From NCBI GenBank assembly GCA_027923505.1, contig BROI01000008.1, forward strand, positions 310,001 to 374,000: 64,000 nt of DNA. The letters are read 5' to 3'. The translations under genes and the position numbers were made by a program. Within the stretch, counting starts at the first letter, position 1, and every line of letters begins with the position of its first letter. Under the pieces are notes generated by a model that was not told where the DNA came from, ran no database searches, and saw nothing but the letters and a program-made list of their open reading frames with translations. Below, piece by piece: positions 42,800-51,802 of the stretch. Origin of the DNA: Mayamaea pseudoterrestris. Lineage: Eukaryota.

Positions 42800-43954
42800 A
42801 TGTTTGAGGAGACTCCACCAGTTGCTACGCTTATTGAGGCCATTCATGATCCATTGAATCCGATTGGCATGCGCATGCGTAGCGCTTACTACCTTCGACA
42901 CGCTTACCAGCAGACGACGAACGATAACAGTCAAGAAGTAGTTTCGGACAGCAACACGCTAGAAAAAGCCACTAATCATCTCATTATAGACGCTCTTGTC
43001 CGGGAGCTTGAGAATTTGGATCATAAATCGCTCATGCGACACGAGTTCGCCTACGTGCTTGGACAGCTGCAGGATACACGCGCCTGCCCCGCGCTTGAAG
43101 CTTGCGTCAAGGATTTCACCGACTGCGTCATGGTTCGGCACGAAGCTGCTGAGGCACTTGGGGCGATTGGACAATCGTCGTCCGTAATCGTGATGCGGCA
43201 AGTGTGTTGTGACGTCAACACGCCGGTGGAGCTGCGCGAAACTTGCGAACTGTCCATTGAACTAGTGGAGTGGAAGCAACGACAGGAGCAACGACTTTCC
43301 AACAATTTGAATGGTGAAAGTGATGAGAATGATCCGGCTCCACCCGTTTGTGCTTGTCTGCAGACGCCATACTCGTCCGTAGATCCGGGCCTTCCTCCTA
43401 GCCCCGCGCATGCCCACCTGTCGACGGCTCAACTCGGTGAATTGCTGCTTCAATCAAACTCTCCAATTAAAGAACGCTACCAGGCCATGTTCTCCTTACG
43501 CAATCGCGGAGGATCAGATGCCGTCAGTTGGTTGTGTCGAGCCCTTTTGGAGGACACATCGTCTGCCTTGTTGCGTCACGAAGTGGCCTACGTGCACGGT
43601 CAGTTGCAGCATCCAGAGTCGGTTTACGCCCTTGAAGAAAGCTTGAGGCGGACGAGTGAACACAAGATGGTTAGGCATGAAAGTGCGGAAGCTCTTGGTG
43701 CTATAGATGGACGGTGGGAGCAAGTGGAACTAATATTGCGAGAGTTTACCAACGATGAAGATGACGTTGTGCGAGAGAGCTGCCTAGTGGCCTTGGATGC
43801 CGCAGACTACTGGAAACATGCTGTCGAAGATTTTGAACTGGATGGAAACGAGGACATTGCTACGCAAGCGGACCAAAATGCGACGTCTCTGTTTGCGCAA
43901 GTCAAGGCTGGTAGACAAATGGTTACAAATGGCCACTTTAACCGAGTCGATTAA
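42800..43954 (+). CDS. DOHH: Deoxyhypusine hydroxylase
   Basis: Four HE motifs ('RHEFAYVLGQ', 'RHEAAEALGAIG', 'RHEVAYV.GQ', 'RHESAEALGAI') and 'ERYQAMFSLRN'. Confidence 0.95.
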   Translation: MFEETPPVATLIEAIHDPLNPIGMRMRSAYYLRHAYQQTTNDNSQEVVSDSNTLEKATNHLIIDALVRELENLDHKSLMRHEFAYVLGQLQDTRACPALEACVKDFTDCVMVRHEAAEALGAIGQSSSVIVMRQVCCDVNTPVELRETCELSIELVEWKQRQEQRLSNNLNGESDENDPAPPVCACLQTPYSSVDPGLPPSPAHAHLSTAQLGELLLQSNSPIKERYQAMFSLRNRGGSDAVSWLCRALLEDTSSALLRHEVAYVHGQLQHPESVYALEESLRRTSEHKMVRHESAEALGAIDGRWEQVELILREFTNDEDDVVRESCLVALDAADYWKHAVEDFELDGNEDIATQADQNATSLFAQVKAGRQMVTNGHFNRVD

Positions 43955-44018
43955 GCGTTATTAATTCTATGTCTGTTATCCTTGCATTACTGAAATTATG
44001 TTTGATGACCGCTGAACT

Positions 44019-45050
44019 CTACAAAACAAAGACAAACACAATAACTGCCGTCGCGACTGCCACAATGAGAAGAATCCAGCAGTACTTCTTCCGAATCTTC
44101 TTTTGGTACTCGATAGCTTCGTGAACATCTACATTTGCGTCCTCCACATAGTCTGCCGCTTGCTTAACCTGAAACTCAATTTGATCCAGCAATTCTCCCT
44201 GTTGTTCCGTCAATAGTGCAAAATCGAGAAACATTTGGTGCAGTTCCGCAACGGATGATTCGAGCGCCAAAACGTCTTGATACTTGCCAGCTACCTTGGC
44301 GTATGTGGTCTTGACTTGGTCGTTTACGCCGCCCGCCAATATTTGTTCCCGATACAAGGCGTCTCGGCCGCCTTCGGATCGCATGACAGCGTCAATTTCC
44401 TCGTCCGTCGCATCAGGCTTGACAATCTGCACCTGCCGAGCCACCTTTTTCTTTATATCAGTCTTGTATTTTTGTTGAGCATTCTGGTAAAGCTTCATTT
44501 CATCAATGAACTTTCGAGTGAGAGTATTACAAAGATTTTCTCGGACGCTGTCGAAATTAAGTGGCAAAAGGTGATGTAACGATGAGTGGTTTGCCCCATT
44601 CTGACGAGCGGGTTCATCTCTCAACCCAAAAACTTACCGCAAATCGCTCGCCTTGATATTCTTTTCAGCTTCTAATTTCTTGTTTTCCTCTTTTAAAAGA
44701 CCTAGCAAAGTCTTGGTACGTTTGGCACGCTTGTTGGTCTCGTTGACAAGAGGACGTAATTGATTGGAGAGCACATTCTCTTCCTCTGTCGTTGTCGCTT
44801 GTAATGCTTTCTCATTGATCTCACCAACTGTTTTGGTCGCCTTTTGGACAGACTCGATATCGTTTTTGATAGATTCTACTTCTCGAAAGAAATGCTCCAT
44901 GTGCTTGGGTTGTTTTGAAGTTGCAGTATCGCCCATCTCAATGTCTCCTCCCTTCTTGTTATTCCCATTGGTGGGTGGGCTTTCAAACTCATCATCACTG
45001 TCGGCTGCCCATGCTGGCAGGTCGCCTAATCGATCATTCATGGGAGGCAT
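44019..45050 (-). CDS. Plasma-membrane-type syntaxin (Qa-SNARE); intron 44548-44637
   Basis: 'MNDRL', Habc helices, SNARE 'LESSVAELHQMFLDFALLTEQQGELLDQIE' and a C-terminal TM helix. Confidence 0.93.
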
Positions 45051-45287
45051 AGAAATTGAAAGGAGTAGCAAGAGAAACCAACAATTATATACTTTCGCAA
45101 CCAACAACACTGCGGATGGATGTGCCATGGTCATTCTTGTGCCGGGCATGACGTCATGCGTTTTTAAGCCCTCGTTTTGCAGAGGTCGCATCCTTATCGC
45201 TCCGTTACTAGAATTTTGCAGGTCTCGCATCGTCGACGACCATGATGGCATCGTCAATCGCTCAACTCCAACTTGGCATGCAGCGAC

Positions 45288-48071
45288 ATGACTACCAGAC
45301 GACAGCGCGGCTACTTGTTGCTGCTATGCCATGTATGCTTCGTCTGTGCATTTATAAAAGCCCCGCTTTCCGGCTCAGGTATCAGGCTCGCTTTGACTGC
45401 AGTTGCGAGAAAGAAAAATCAGCCGGTGGCCACCTCGAAATCAACTACAAATACCGAGGAGTTTGATGCGATGAGTATATCATATTCTCAAAACTTTTGG
45501 CGACACGTCGTTCGATCTAGCGACGGAAGCATTGTCAAGAGCTATGCTTGGCTCGACGATGCCATGGAAGCCTATCCCAATGCCCACTTGAAACCGATAG
45601 CAGTCGTTGCAACGGACGAGACTTCGATTAATAAAGCGTTCATAGTTCCAGGCACAACTCCAAATTGCACATATGGCAATGAAAAACTTATTTTGAATCG
45701 GAAAACGAATGCTGCATCTGTCAGACGCATTCTCAGATCACTTGGTCTGGATACTAAAGTTATCAACTCCTTGCCGAAGGGCGTTTTCACGACGCCCTGC
45801 GATGATTTAGAGGAACGTATACGTTTTTACATATCACCATTGTCGAATGAAATTGAAGTGTCAACAAGCAGAACTCAAGTTGCGATGAAAGATCGAGATT
45901 GGGTGTTGGAACTTGAGCGAGACGGTTACGGAGCTGGCCTATCGGCGGAGCAACTTGCCTATATGATTCCGCGTTTGCCGTATCATCTGTTGCTTCCTTC
46001 GGGAGCGCGAGATATGAAAATGACAGAAATTGCAACCTTGGTTGGAAACTTACATCAAAACGTTCCGTCCTTGGTTCTTGACATGACGAGTCGGCAGCTA
46101 GATCCGTTTATCGATGGTGCTCTCCCTCTGGACTACAAAGTGTTTTCCTATATACACTGGCGAGGTTGGAGCTGGGCAAGCTCTCGTGTCATACTACAAG
46201 CGCTACCATCGATTGTGTCGGCTAATTTGGAGCCTAGCTGGCAGGTTGTGCACAGAAATAAGAAAATGCTACCAAAGCTTGAACATGGCGCTCTTGAAGT
46301 TTTGCAGTGGAGACTGCAGCTGCGGCCCTGGCACATTCGTGCCATTGTCAAGACCCATCCAGCTATTATAAACTATTCCAAAAGGTTTTTGGAGAGTCGT
46401 GTGGAGGATTTGCGAGCCCTCTTGGGCTTGCGGTCATCTAATATACAGCGAGTTGTTTTGCGACATCCGAGTGTACTGGGTATGTCTAAGGAGGCAATGC
46501 AAGCACGTATACAGTTTTGGAGAAACAAAATTGGACTCGATCATTCGCAACTTGAAGATGCTTTTGTCAAAGAGCCAGCATTGCTGCAGTACAGTATCGC
46601 TGACAATTTGGAACAAAAGCTCAAGTACTTCACTCGCACATGGCAACTCGACAGAAATTGCTTAGCACGCCTTACGGTTTTACGTCCTAGGATCTGGGGT
46701 CGGTCGCTTCAGCGACATTACATTCCATTCACACAGGCAATCTGTGATCGGCTTCTCATAACTCAGGAGGAACTCGGGCAAATCATATCCAAAGCACCAG
46801 AGCTTCTGCTCTGTAGCTGGCGCGGAAATATATGCGTAAAACTCGACTATCTTGAATCGCGCTTGAACCTACAGCCTCACGAATTGAAAGAAATGGTTCA
46901 GAACTCGCCAAAGATACTCATGCATGGTGTACAATCCTCGCTCGAGCAGAAAATTAGTCTATTAGAAAAGACGTCTCTGGAGCTGAGCCAGTCGGATGAT
47001 ACTCGATTAGCACTTGTGACCAACCCTTCGCTCTTACTTGTTTCGAACCAGTATTTTCGGCAAAGGTTAGAAAAAGTTGCCAATTTGACAGCCGCCAAGT
47101 TACCGAACTCTAAAGCAGATTCAACAACTATTTTAAAAGAGCTTGGCCGGCCTGCACGTACCACTGGAAAGACACGCACTCTTCGACTCGTTCCATTCTC
47201 TGGCAATGACCCCGACGATAAGGAGGTGGGAAAAACATTCAGCACTGTTGTCGAAGCGGCTAAGTTTTGTGCAATGAGTACATCACACATGTACAGGGTT
47301 ATTCGCTTAGGCCTCAAAGTCGAAGTTGACGGTCGCAAATTTCGGCTGGAGTATGCGGACCGGAATCTTACAATGAACATTCACGAAACGTCGACAAACG
47401 CGTCATCAGCTCTCAACGAGCGTGAAAGGGCAGTCGTGGATTTCTCCGACTATCGTCACAATTCAACAGCTTTGCTAATCATCAGCACAACAGGTCGATC
47501 ATTTCCTTCGGACAACAGCGTTCGCGGCCGCCGGCGGGGTGGAGGATTGGCGCTGCAGATGCAACTGTCGGGATCTGGGACCGACGCATCCTTTTGGCGT
47601 GCCACTGCGAATTACATGTACAGCAAACAACCATTCAAAGTATTTGAGACCGCCGACTCAGTGTTTGTGCTGCTTGGCTATCAACACTTGCGGCCCAGCC
47701 GACCACGATGCAGCTTGTATGCTGTCCGAGAAGCACTTCGACTTGCTCGAGAATGGGTTAAAGTTTCTCCTTCTGTTGAACATGAGGTCATCGTGCGAAC
47801 TGACTCTGAGAGCTACGTTGCGTATTTACTGCAAGAGGGTGATCTAGCTGCCTGGGGCACAGCGACTGACATAAACATGTTTACGACGCAATACAACGGC
47901 CCTACAGAGCACGCTTACCAAGCCAACCCTGACATACTGTACCCATTGGCTCGAAGTTATTGCCATCTTTCAAGATACAATGTGAAAATCAAGTTTGAGG
48001 CCTGGTCGAGCCATGGACAGCTGATGCGTGGGGCCCTACGAGCAGCGAAGCGCATGTACCGAGCAGTATGA
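45288..48071 (+). CDS. mTERF-repeat protein with NUMOD1-like HTH and C-terminal RNase H-like domain, probably plastid-targeted
   Basis: mTERF repeats ('HPSVLGMS', 'EPALLQYSIADNLEQKLKYF', 'APELLLCS'), 'KTFSTVVEAAKF' and 'VIVRTDSESYV..NPDIL'. Signal peptide ends 'VCA-F'. Confidence 0.75.
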   Translation: MTTRRQRGYLLLLCHVCFVCAFIKAPLSGSGIRLALTAVARKKNQPVATSKSTTNTEEFDAMSISYSQNFWRHVVRSSDGSIVKSYAWLDDAMEAYPNAHLKPIAVVATDETSINKAFIVPGTTPNCTYGNEKLILNRKTNAASVRRILRSLGLDTKVINSLPKGVFTTPCDDLEERIRFYISPLSNEIEVSTSRTQVAMKDRDWVLELERDGYGAGLSAEQLAYMIPRLPYHLLLPSGARDMKMTEIATLVGNLHQNVPSLVLDMTSRQLDPFIDGALPLDYKVFSYIHWRGWSWASSRVILQALPSIVSANLEPSWQVVHRNKKMLPKLEHGALEVLQWRLQLRPWHIRAIVKTHPAIINYSKRFLESRVEDLRALLGLRSSNIQRVVLRHPSVLGMSKEAMQARIQFWRNKIGLDHSQLEDAFVKEPALLQYSIADNLEQKLKYFTRTWQLDRNCLARLTVLRPRIWGRSLQRHYIPFTQAICDRLLITQEELGQIISKAPELLLCSWRGNICVKLDYLESRLNLQPHELKEMVQNSPKILMHGVQSSLEQKISLLEKTSLELSQSDDTRLALVTNPSLLLVSNQYFRQRLEKVANLTAAKLPNSKADSTTILKELGRPARTTGKTRTLRLVPFSGNDPDDKEVGKTFSTVVEAAKFCAMSTSHMYRVIRLGLKVEVDGRKFRLEYADRNLTMNIHETSTNASSALNERERAVVDFSDYRHNSTALLIISTTGRSFPSDNSVRGRRRGGGLALQMQLSGSGTDASFWRATANYMYSKQPFKVFETADSVFVLLGYQHLRPSRPRCSLYAVREALRLAREWVKVSPSVEHEVIVRTDSESYVAYLLQEGDLAAWGTATDINMFTTQYNGPTEHAYQANPDILYPLARSYCHLSRYNVKIKFEAWSSHGQLMRGALRAAKRMYRAV

Positions 48072-48280
48072 TTGCGGCTCGCTGCCGTGCAAGTATAATG
48101 AAGCTGCAGGAACTAGCTTTGGAGACTTGAATTTGCATACACAATTTCAAAGAGTGCTATTGGATTGTGCCTGGAGGACCGCGAATTTCACACGCACAAA
48201 AGCATCGCTGTGCGTTAAGAATCGAATTCCGATAGAGTAAATCTGCGTTAAACGCTCTTCAATATGATGGGCAAGTTTCT

Positions 48281-48808
48281 TTATTTCAAATTTTTGTTTA
48301 ACTGCGCTACCTGCCTGTTGACCCAACGATCCGAGTGGTAGGTGCTTTCGCCGACTGTCCATCCTCTGACATCCTTCATGATCTCAGCTTCGTGCTTCAA
48401 GATTCCATTCTCGCGTTCCACATACCAGCGATCCTCTTCTGCTTGAAGGATTGGCGCCATGGCGTAGCGAGCCCGTCGTTCTTCCAGCTTTTCGCCGTTC
48501 ATCTGCTTGTTGTATTGGCAGACGCGATAGAATCCAAAGGCAATCGCCGTAGTCGCGACACCCCAGATGACAGCTCCACTGGGTCCACGATTTCCTTTGC
48601 GTAGATTTAAGTTAATCTTCAATGTAATGACCAAACAGAGTGAGCAGAACTTGTAGGCAGGCCTCGCCACTGACGTTGCGTGTCCTTCGCGATTGTGCAC
48701 CTCACAACGCTTTGACTACTGTTAATCAACTCTATCACTTACACTCGGGAAACCACCACGAGGTGGCATATCCTGCACGGGTGGTCGATTATCGGGGCGA
48801 AAGCTCAT
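48281..48808 (-). CDS. NDUFA13: NADH dehydrogenase subunit NDUFA13 / GRIM-19 (B16.6); intron 48617-48742
   Basis: Exon 1 'VQDMPPRGGFPS'; exon 2 'RGPSG', 'PILQAEEDR' and 'IMKDVRGWTVGE'. Confidence 0.93.
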
Positions 48809-49047
48809 GTTGACGAACAGCGCCGAGGAGAGATAAGATGACTTGACAAGGAGTTGCTGCTGCAACGTTCCGCGTCGCTTGCGGCAGGCTGGGCTCCATC
48901 GGCGCGGTATGTAGAGTCAGACCCTAGCGTACATTTAACGGCACACTGATCATGCATACTCCGCACATAAAGCACATCAGAGCCGAGTGTCTTTACATAC
49001 CGGTATCTCAAACTACTTCTGAAATCAACATTACTTACAGATAACTT

Positions 49048-50256
49048 TTAAAAGGTAAAGATTGCTGCAGTCATGAGAAGGAAGATGAGCCACTTCATAC
49101 GTAACCAATTGTTTGCCCGACCACTAGAGACGTCACCTTTATCAGCAGCTAACGGCACATCGTCGCCGAAACCTCCAATCGGCTTCGCTGATAGGCTGGT
49201 TGCCCCCTGCATGGCTACTTCCAATGTGGACGCTAGCCTCACTGATGCAACCATCAGTCGCTGCCATACAACTTCGACTCGAGATACATAGTAGTCTTGC
49301 GATAACATGGTGCCGTCGACGATCTCCGTGTCGTTCACGTTGCGATAAGCGTACATGAGCGCATACTCAAGCGACTCCTGGCCCCAAGCGTCTGTGCACT
49401 CGAGACTTGATCCATCAGCGCAGTCCAACCATTGGGCCCATTCATCCTCTGATGCTTGCTGTAGGCGTTCCCAAAGTGCGTCTTCCAATGCCACGCGTGA
49501 CCCACCAAAGTTGTCGCGCATACTTTTTTCAATCATGAATGAGTCCCAGAATGAGTGAAGGTTTCCTTGCTTGCGAAGAAAACGACGGGAGTCCATGACA
49601 GCTTCTTGCGACTGACGGCGGTGTCGTGCTTGATAGTCGTAATAGTCATCGTCGCTGTCCCCTTCAAAGTCCACGTGAATGGTGTTTCCACCCAAGTCTG
49701 CTAAACGGCTGCAGTGAAGTGGCTGATGAATGTCACCAACGAAATGGACAAGAAACATGAGGCTTGTGCGTTGCAAAAAATCGTCAGGAGCGACATCAAC
49801 GACGTTGTTCATACGCATGATAATCTGGGTGTTGTTGAAAATGGCGCCTGGGACGCAAAGATTATCCGAACAGTCACGGGCGTAGTCAAAGTAGCAAACA
49901 TCCGTCTTTTGTAGGCTATTTGTAATTGGACAAGGCTTTTGGTTGACGTTAAGGTAGTGGAGCGGTCCAGTCCAGCTATAAGTGGACGAGTAGCGCGCGG
50001 TGTCAGCCCAGTCAGCGACTTGCGCGAGTGGACTGCATTTGTCGTTGCAGTCTTTGTCAATACCGTAGGAGCTGCTGGCGATTATATCATACAACTTAGT
50101 TTGAGTGTCATTGGAGATGAGATCCCACGCAAGATTGGCAACAATCTGGTGGCCTTCCTTGCCCCAAGCTTGCACCGAATGAGGGAGTGCGAAGAAGGGC
50201 AGTCCAATGATGATGATGCGCTGGAATAATGGTAACTGTCGATGATTTTCCCACAT
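49048..50256 (-). CDS. S1/P1 nuclease, secreted with hydrophobic C-terminal tail
   Basis: 'AWGKEGHQIVA', 'WAD', 'LHY', 'HFVGDIHQPLH' and 'NLHSFWD'. Signal peptide plus C-terminal 'WLIFLLMTAAIFTF'. Confidence 0.93.
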   Translation of the reverse strand: MWENHRQLPLFQRIIIIGLPFFALPHSVQAWGKEGHQIVANLAWDLISNDTQTKLYDIIASSSYGIDKDCNDKCSPLAQVADWADTARYSSTYSWTGPLHYLNVNQKPCPITNSLQKTDVCYFDYARDCSDNLCVPGAIFNNTQIIMRMNNVVDVAPDDFLQRTSLMFLVHFVGDIHQPLHCSRLADLGGNTIHVDFEGDSDDDYYDYQARHRRQSQEAVMDSRRFLRKQGNLHSFWDSFMIEKSMRDNFGGSRVALEDALWERLQQASEDEWAQWLDCADGSSLECTDAWGQESLEYALMYAYRNVNDTEIVDGTMLSQDYYVSRVEVVWQRLMVASVRLASTLEVAMQGATSLSAKPIGGFGDDVPLAADKGDVSSGRANNWLRMKWLIFLLMTAAIFTF

Positions 50257-50496
50257 ATTCAAAAGCAAAATCGTACAGTTTGTCCAATAGGATCGTCAAG
50301 TTTACAAAAAATGGGCAACAAGAGCACCGAGCTACATATATTCCACTGCCGCGCTGCTGGTTTGTGTCGTGGCGGATCGGTCATGAACAATCTTCCGCTT
50401 TCATGTCACGCCTTGACGTCATCTGTAACCACTGCGACATTATGTGACAGTCGGCTCGTCCATCGATTTTGTTCCGCTTCATTTCTGTAGTTGACC

Positions 50497-51612
50497 ATGG
50501 CATTTCAGGAAGATAGCGATGATTTTCAGCAACTTGCTAGACGCAAGCGAACGTCGAAGAAAAGAACTATTTACATTGGCAATCTTCCGCATGATTCCTC
50601 GGATCTGCCGACGCAACTCTTTGATCTGATTCAGACTGTGAATGTGACGCTCGATACAACCACGTCTTCCATTCACTGCGACAATCTAACGTCTTGCCAT
50701 GCGCTTGTCGAGTGCGAGCAGGAAAAAGCCGATCTAATCATTGCCAAGCTTCACAGCAAACAGTTTCAAGGGCGACGCCTCATTGTTCGGCGAGAGAAGC
50801 AGCAGCGAGAGCAACAGAAAGAAAGACAAAAGGTTGAGTTCAAGGCAAGCTCCTGGGCCAAGCCACAACGCGAAATTCCACGATGCGAACGTACAAGCTG
50901 CACGAAAGAAGCAGATGATACTTGCAATGAATTTTCAGTGCCAAATTCAGTTACTCAGCACCAGGGATCGCTAGCCACACTTTTGGCAGATTACGGAGAA
51001 CAAGATTTCGATTGGAAGAAAACAGTCGTTCCAGATGCAAGTATGTCTGCAACTACGGATGTACTAACGCATGACAATAGCGTCTTGGGGCAACATGGAA
51101 AGGCACCTATTCACATTTGCATCACGAGCTTTGGTTACCGACATGGGGCGCCGCCAAACGCTGGATGGTCGCACGCGCACCCGCTCGAGCCGTTTGACGT
51201 TCGAGACATTGAACCCGTTCCTCATTACTTGGCTTGGCAGCATGGTCTATCAGCTTCGGTTAAATTCGCTTTAATACGGCAGGACAAAGAGGGCTTGATT
51301 AAGAAGATGTCGAAAGACATTGCCGCGCAAGTGGTAATAGCTCTCGAAGCAGCAATTGAGCAAGGCGGGCATGGATACGCATTGCCGCTCCGAGTGGCGA
51401 TAGCCATTGGGAGCGATAATGGTCAGCACCGTAGTGTCATGGTGGCGGAGCAAGTGGCAATGGCGGTTCGAAGGCAATTGCGTGAGAATGTGGAAAAGAG
51501 GCTTGGGACGTCGTTAAAGGTGTCGGTTGGGACGGCACATCGTGACATGGAGCGAAAAATCCGGGACAATTCGAGCAAAACAAAGCAAAACGACATGGAA
51601 GATGATTGGTAG
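50497..51612 (+). CDS. RRM + RapZ C-terminal-like domain protein
   Basis: RRM 'IYIGNLP..HALVE..LHSKQFQGRRLIV'; RapZ-CTD-like 'ITSFGYRHGAP..FDVR..IAIGSDNGQHRSV.VAE..HRD'. Confidence 0.75.
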   Translation: MAFQEDSDDFQQLARRKRTSKKRTIYIGNLPHDSSDLPTQLFDLIQTVNVTLDTTTSSIHCDNLTSCHALVECEQEKADLIIAKLHSKQFQGRRLIVRREKQQREQQKERQKVEFKASSWAKPQREIPRCERTSCTKEADDTCNEFSVPNSVTQHQGSLATLLADYGEQDFDWKKTVVPDASMSATTDVLTHDNSVLGQHGKAPIHICITSFGYRHGAPPNAGWSHAHPLEPFDVRDIEPVPHYLAWQHGLSASVKFALIRQDKEGLIKKMSKDIAAQVVIALEAAIEQGGHGYALPLRVAIAIGSDNGQHRSVMVAEQVAMAVRRQLRENVEKRLGTSLKVSVGTAHRDMERKIRDNSSKTKQNDMEDDW

Positions 51613-51802
51613 CGTGATTGTATTTCTAGGTTGTTAATTATAAGATGCAAATGAATATGGCATTATACACCAAGTTGCCATAGGAGTTCGTCCATTTCGT
51701 TGTCCATTGCAGGTTTTTGATTCGCACCACCCAAAGTTGGTGCTTTAGCAGTTGACGGATAAATTGCTGGCGTTGGTGTGCTGTCTTGTAACAACTGAGC
51801 TG

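Noticed and set aside
28859..43954. Lysine-themed cluster (LysRS, lysA, DOHH)
   Set aside because: The proteins act in different compartments and unrelated genes intervene. Most likely coincidence.
47472..48071. Retrotransposon remnant (RNase H-like sequence)
   Set aside because: No reverse transcriptase, integrase, LTR or frame disruption. The segment is an in-frame part of an intact cellular gene.
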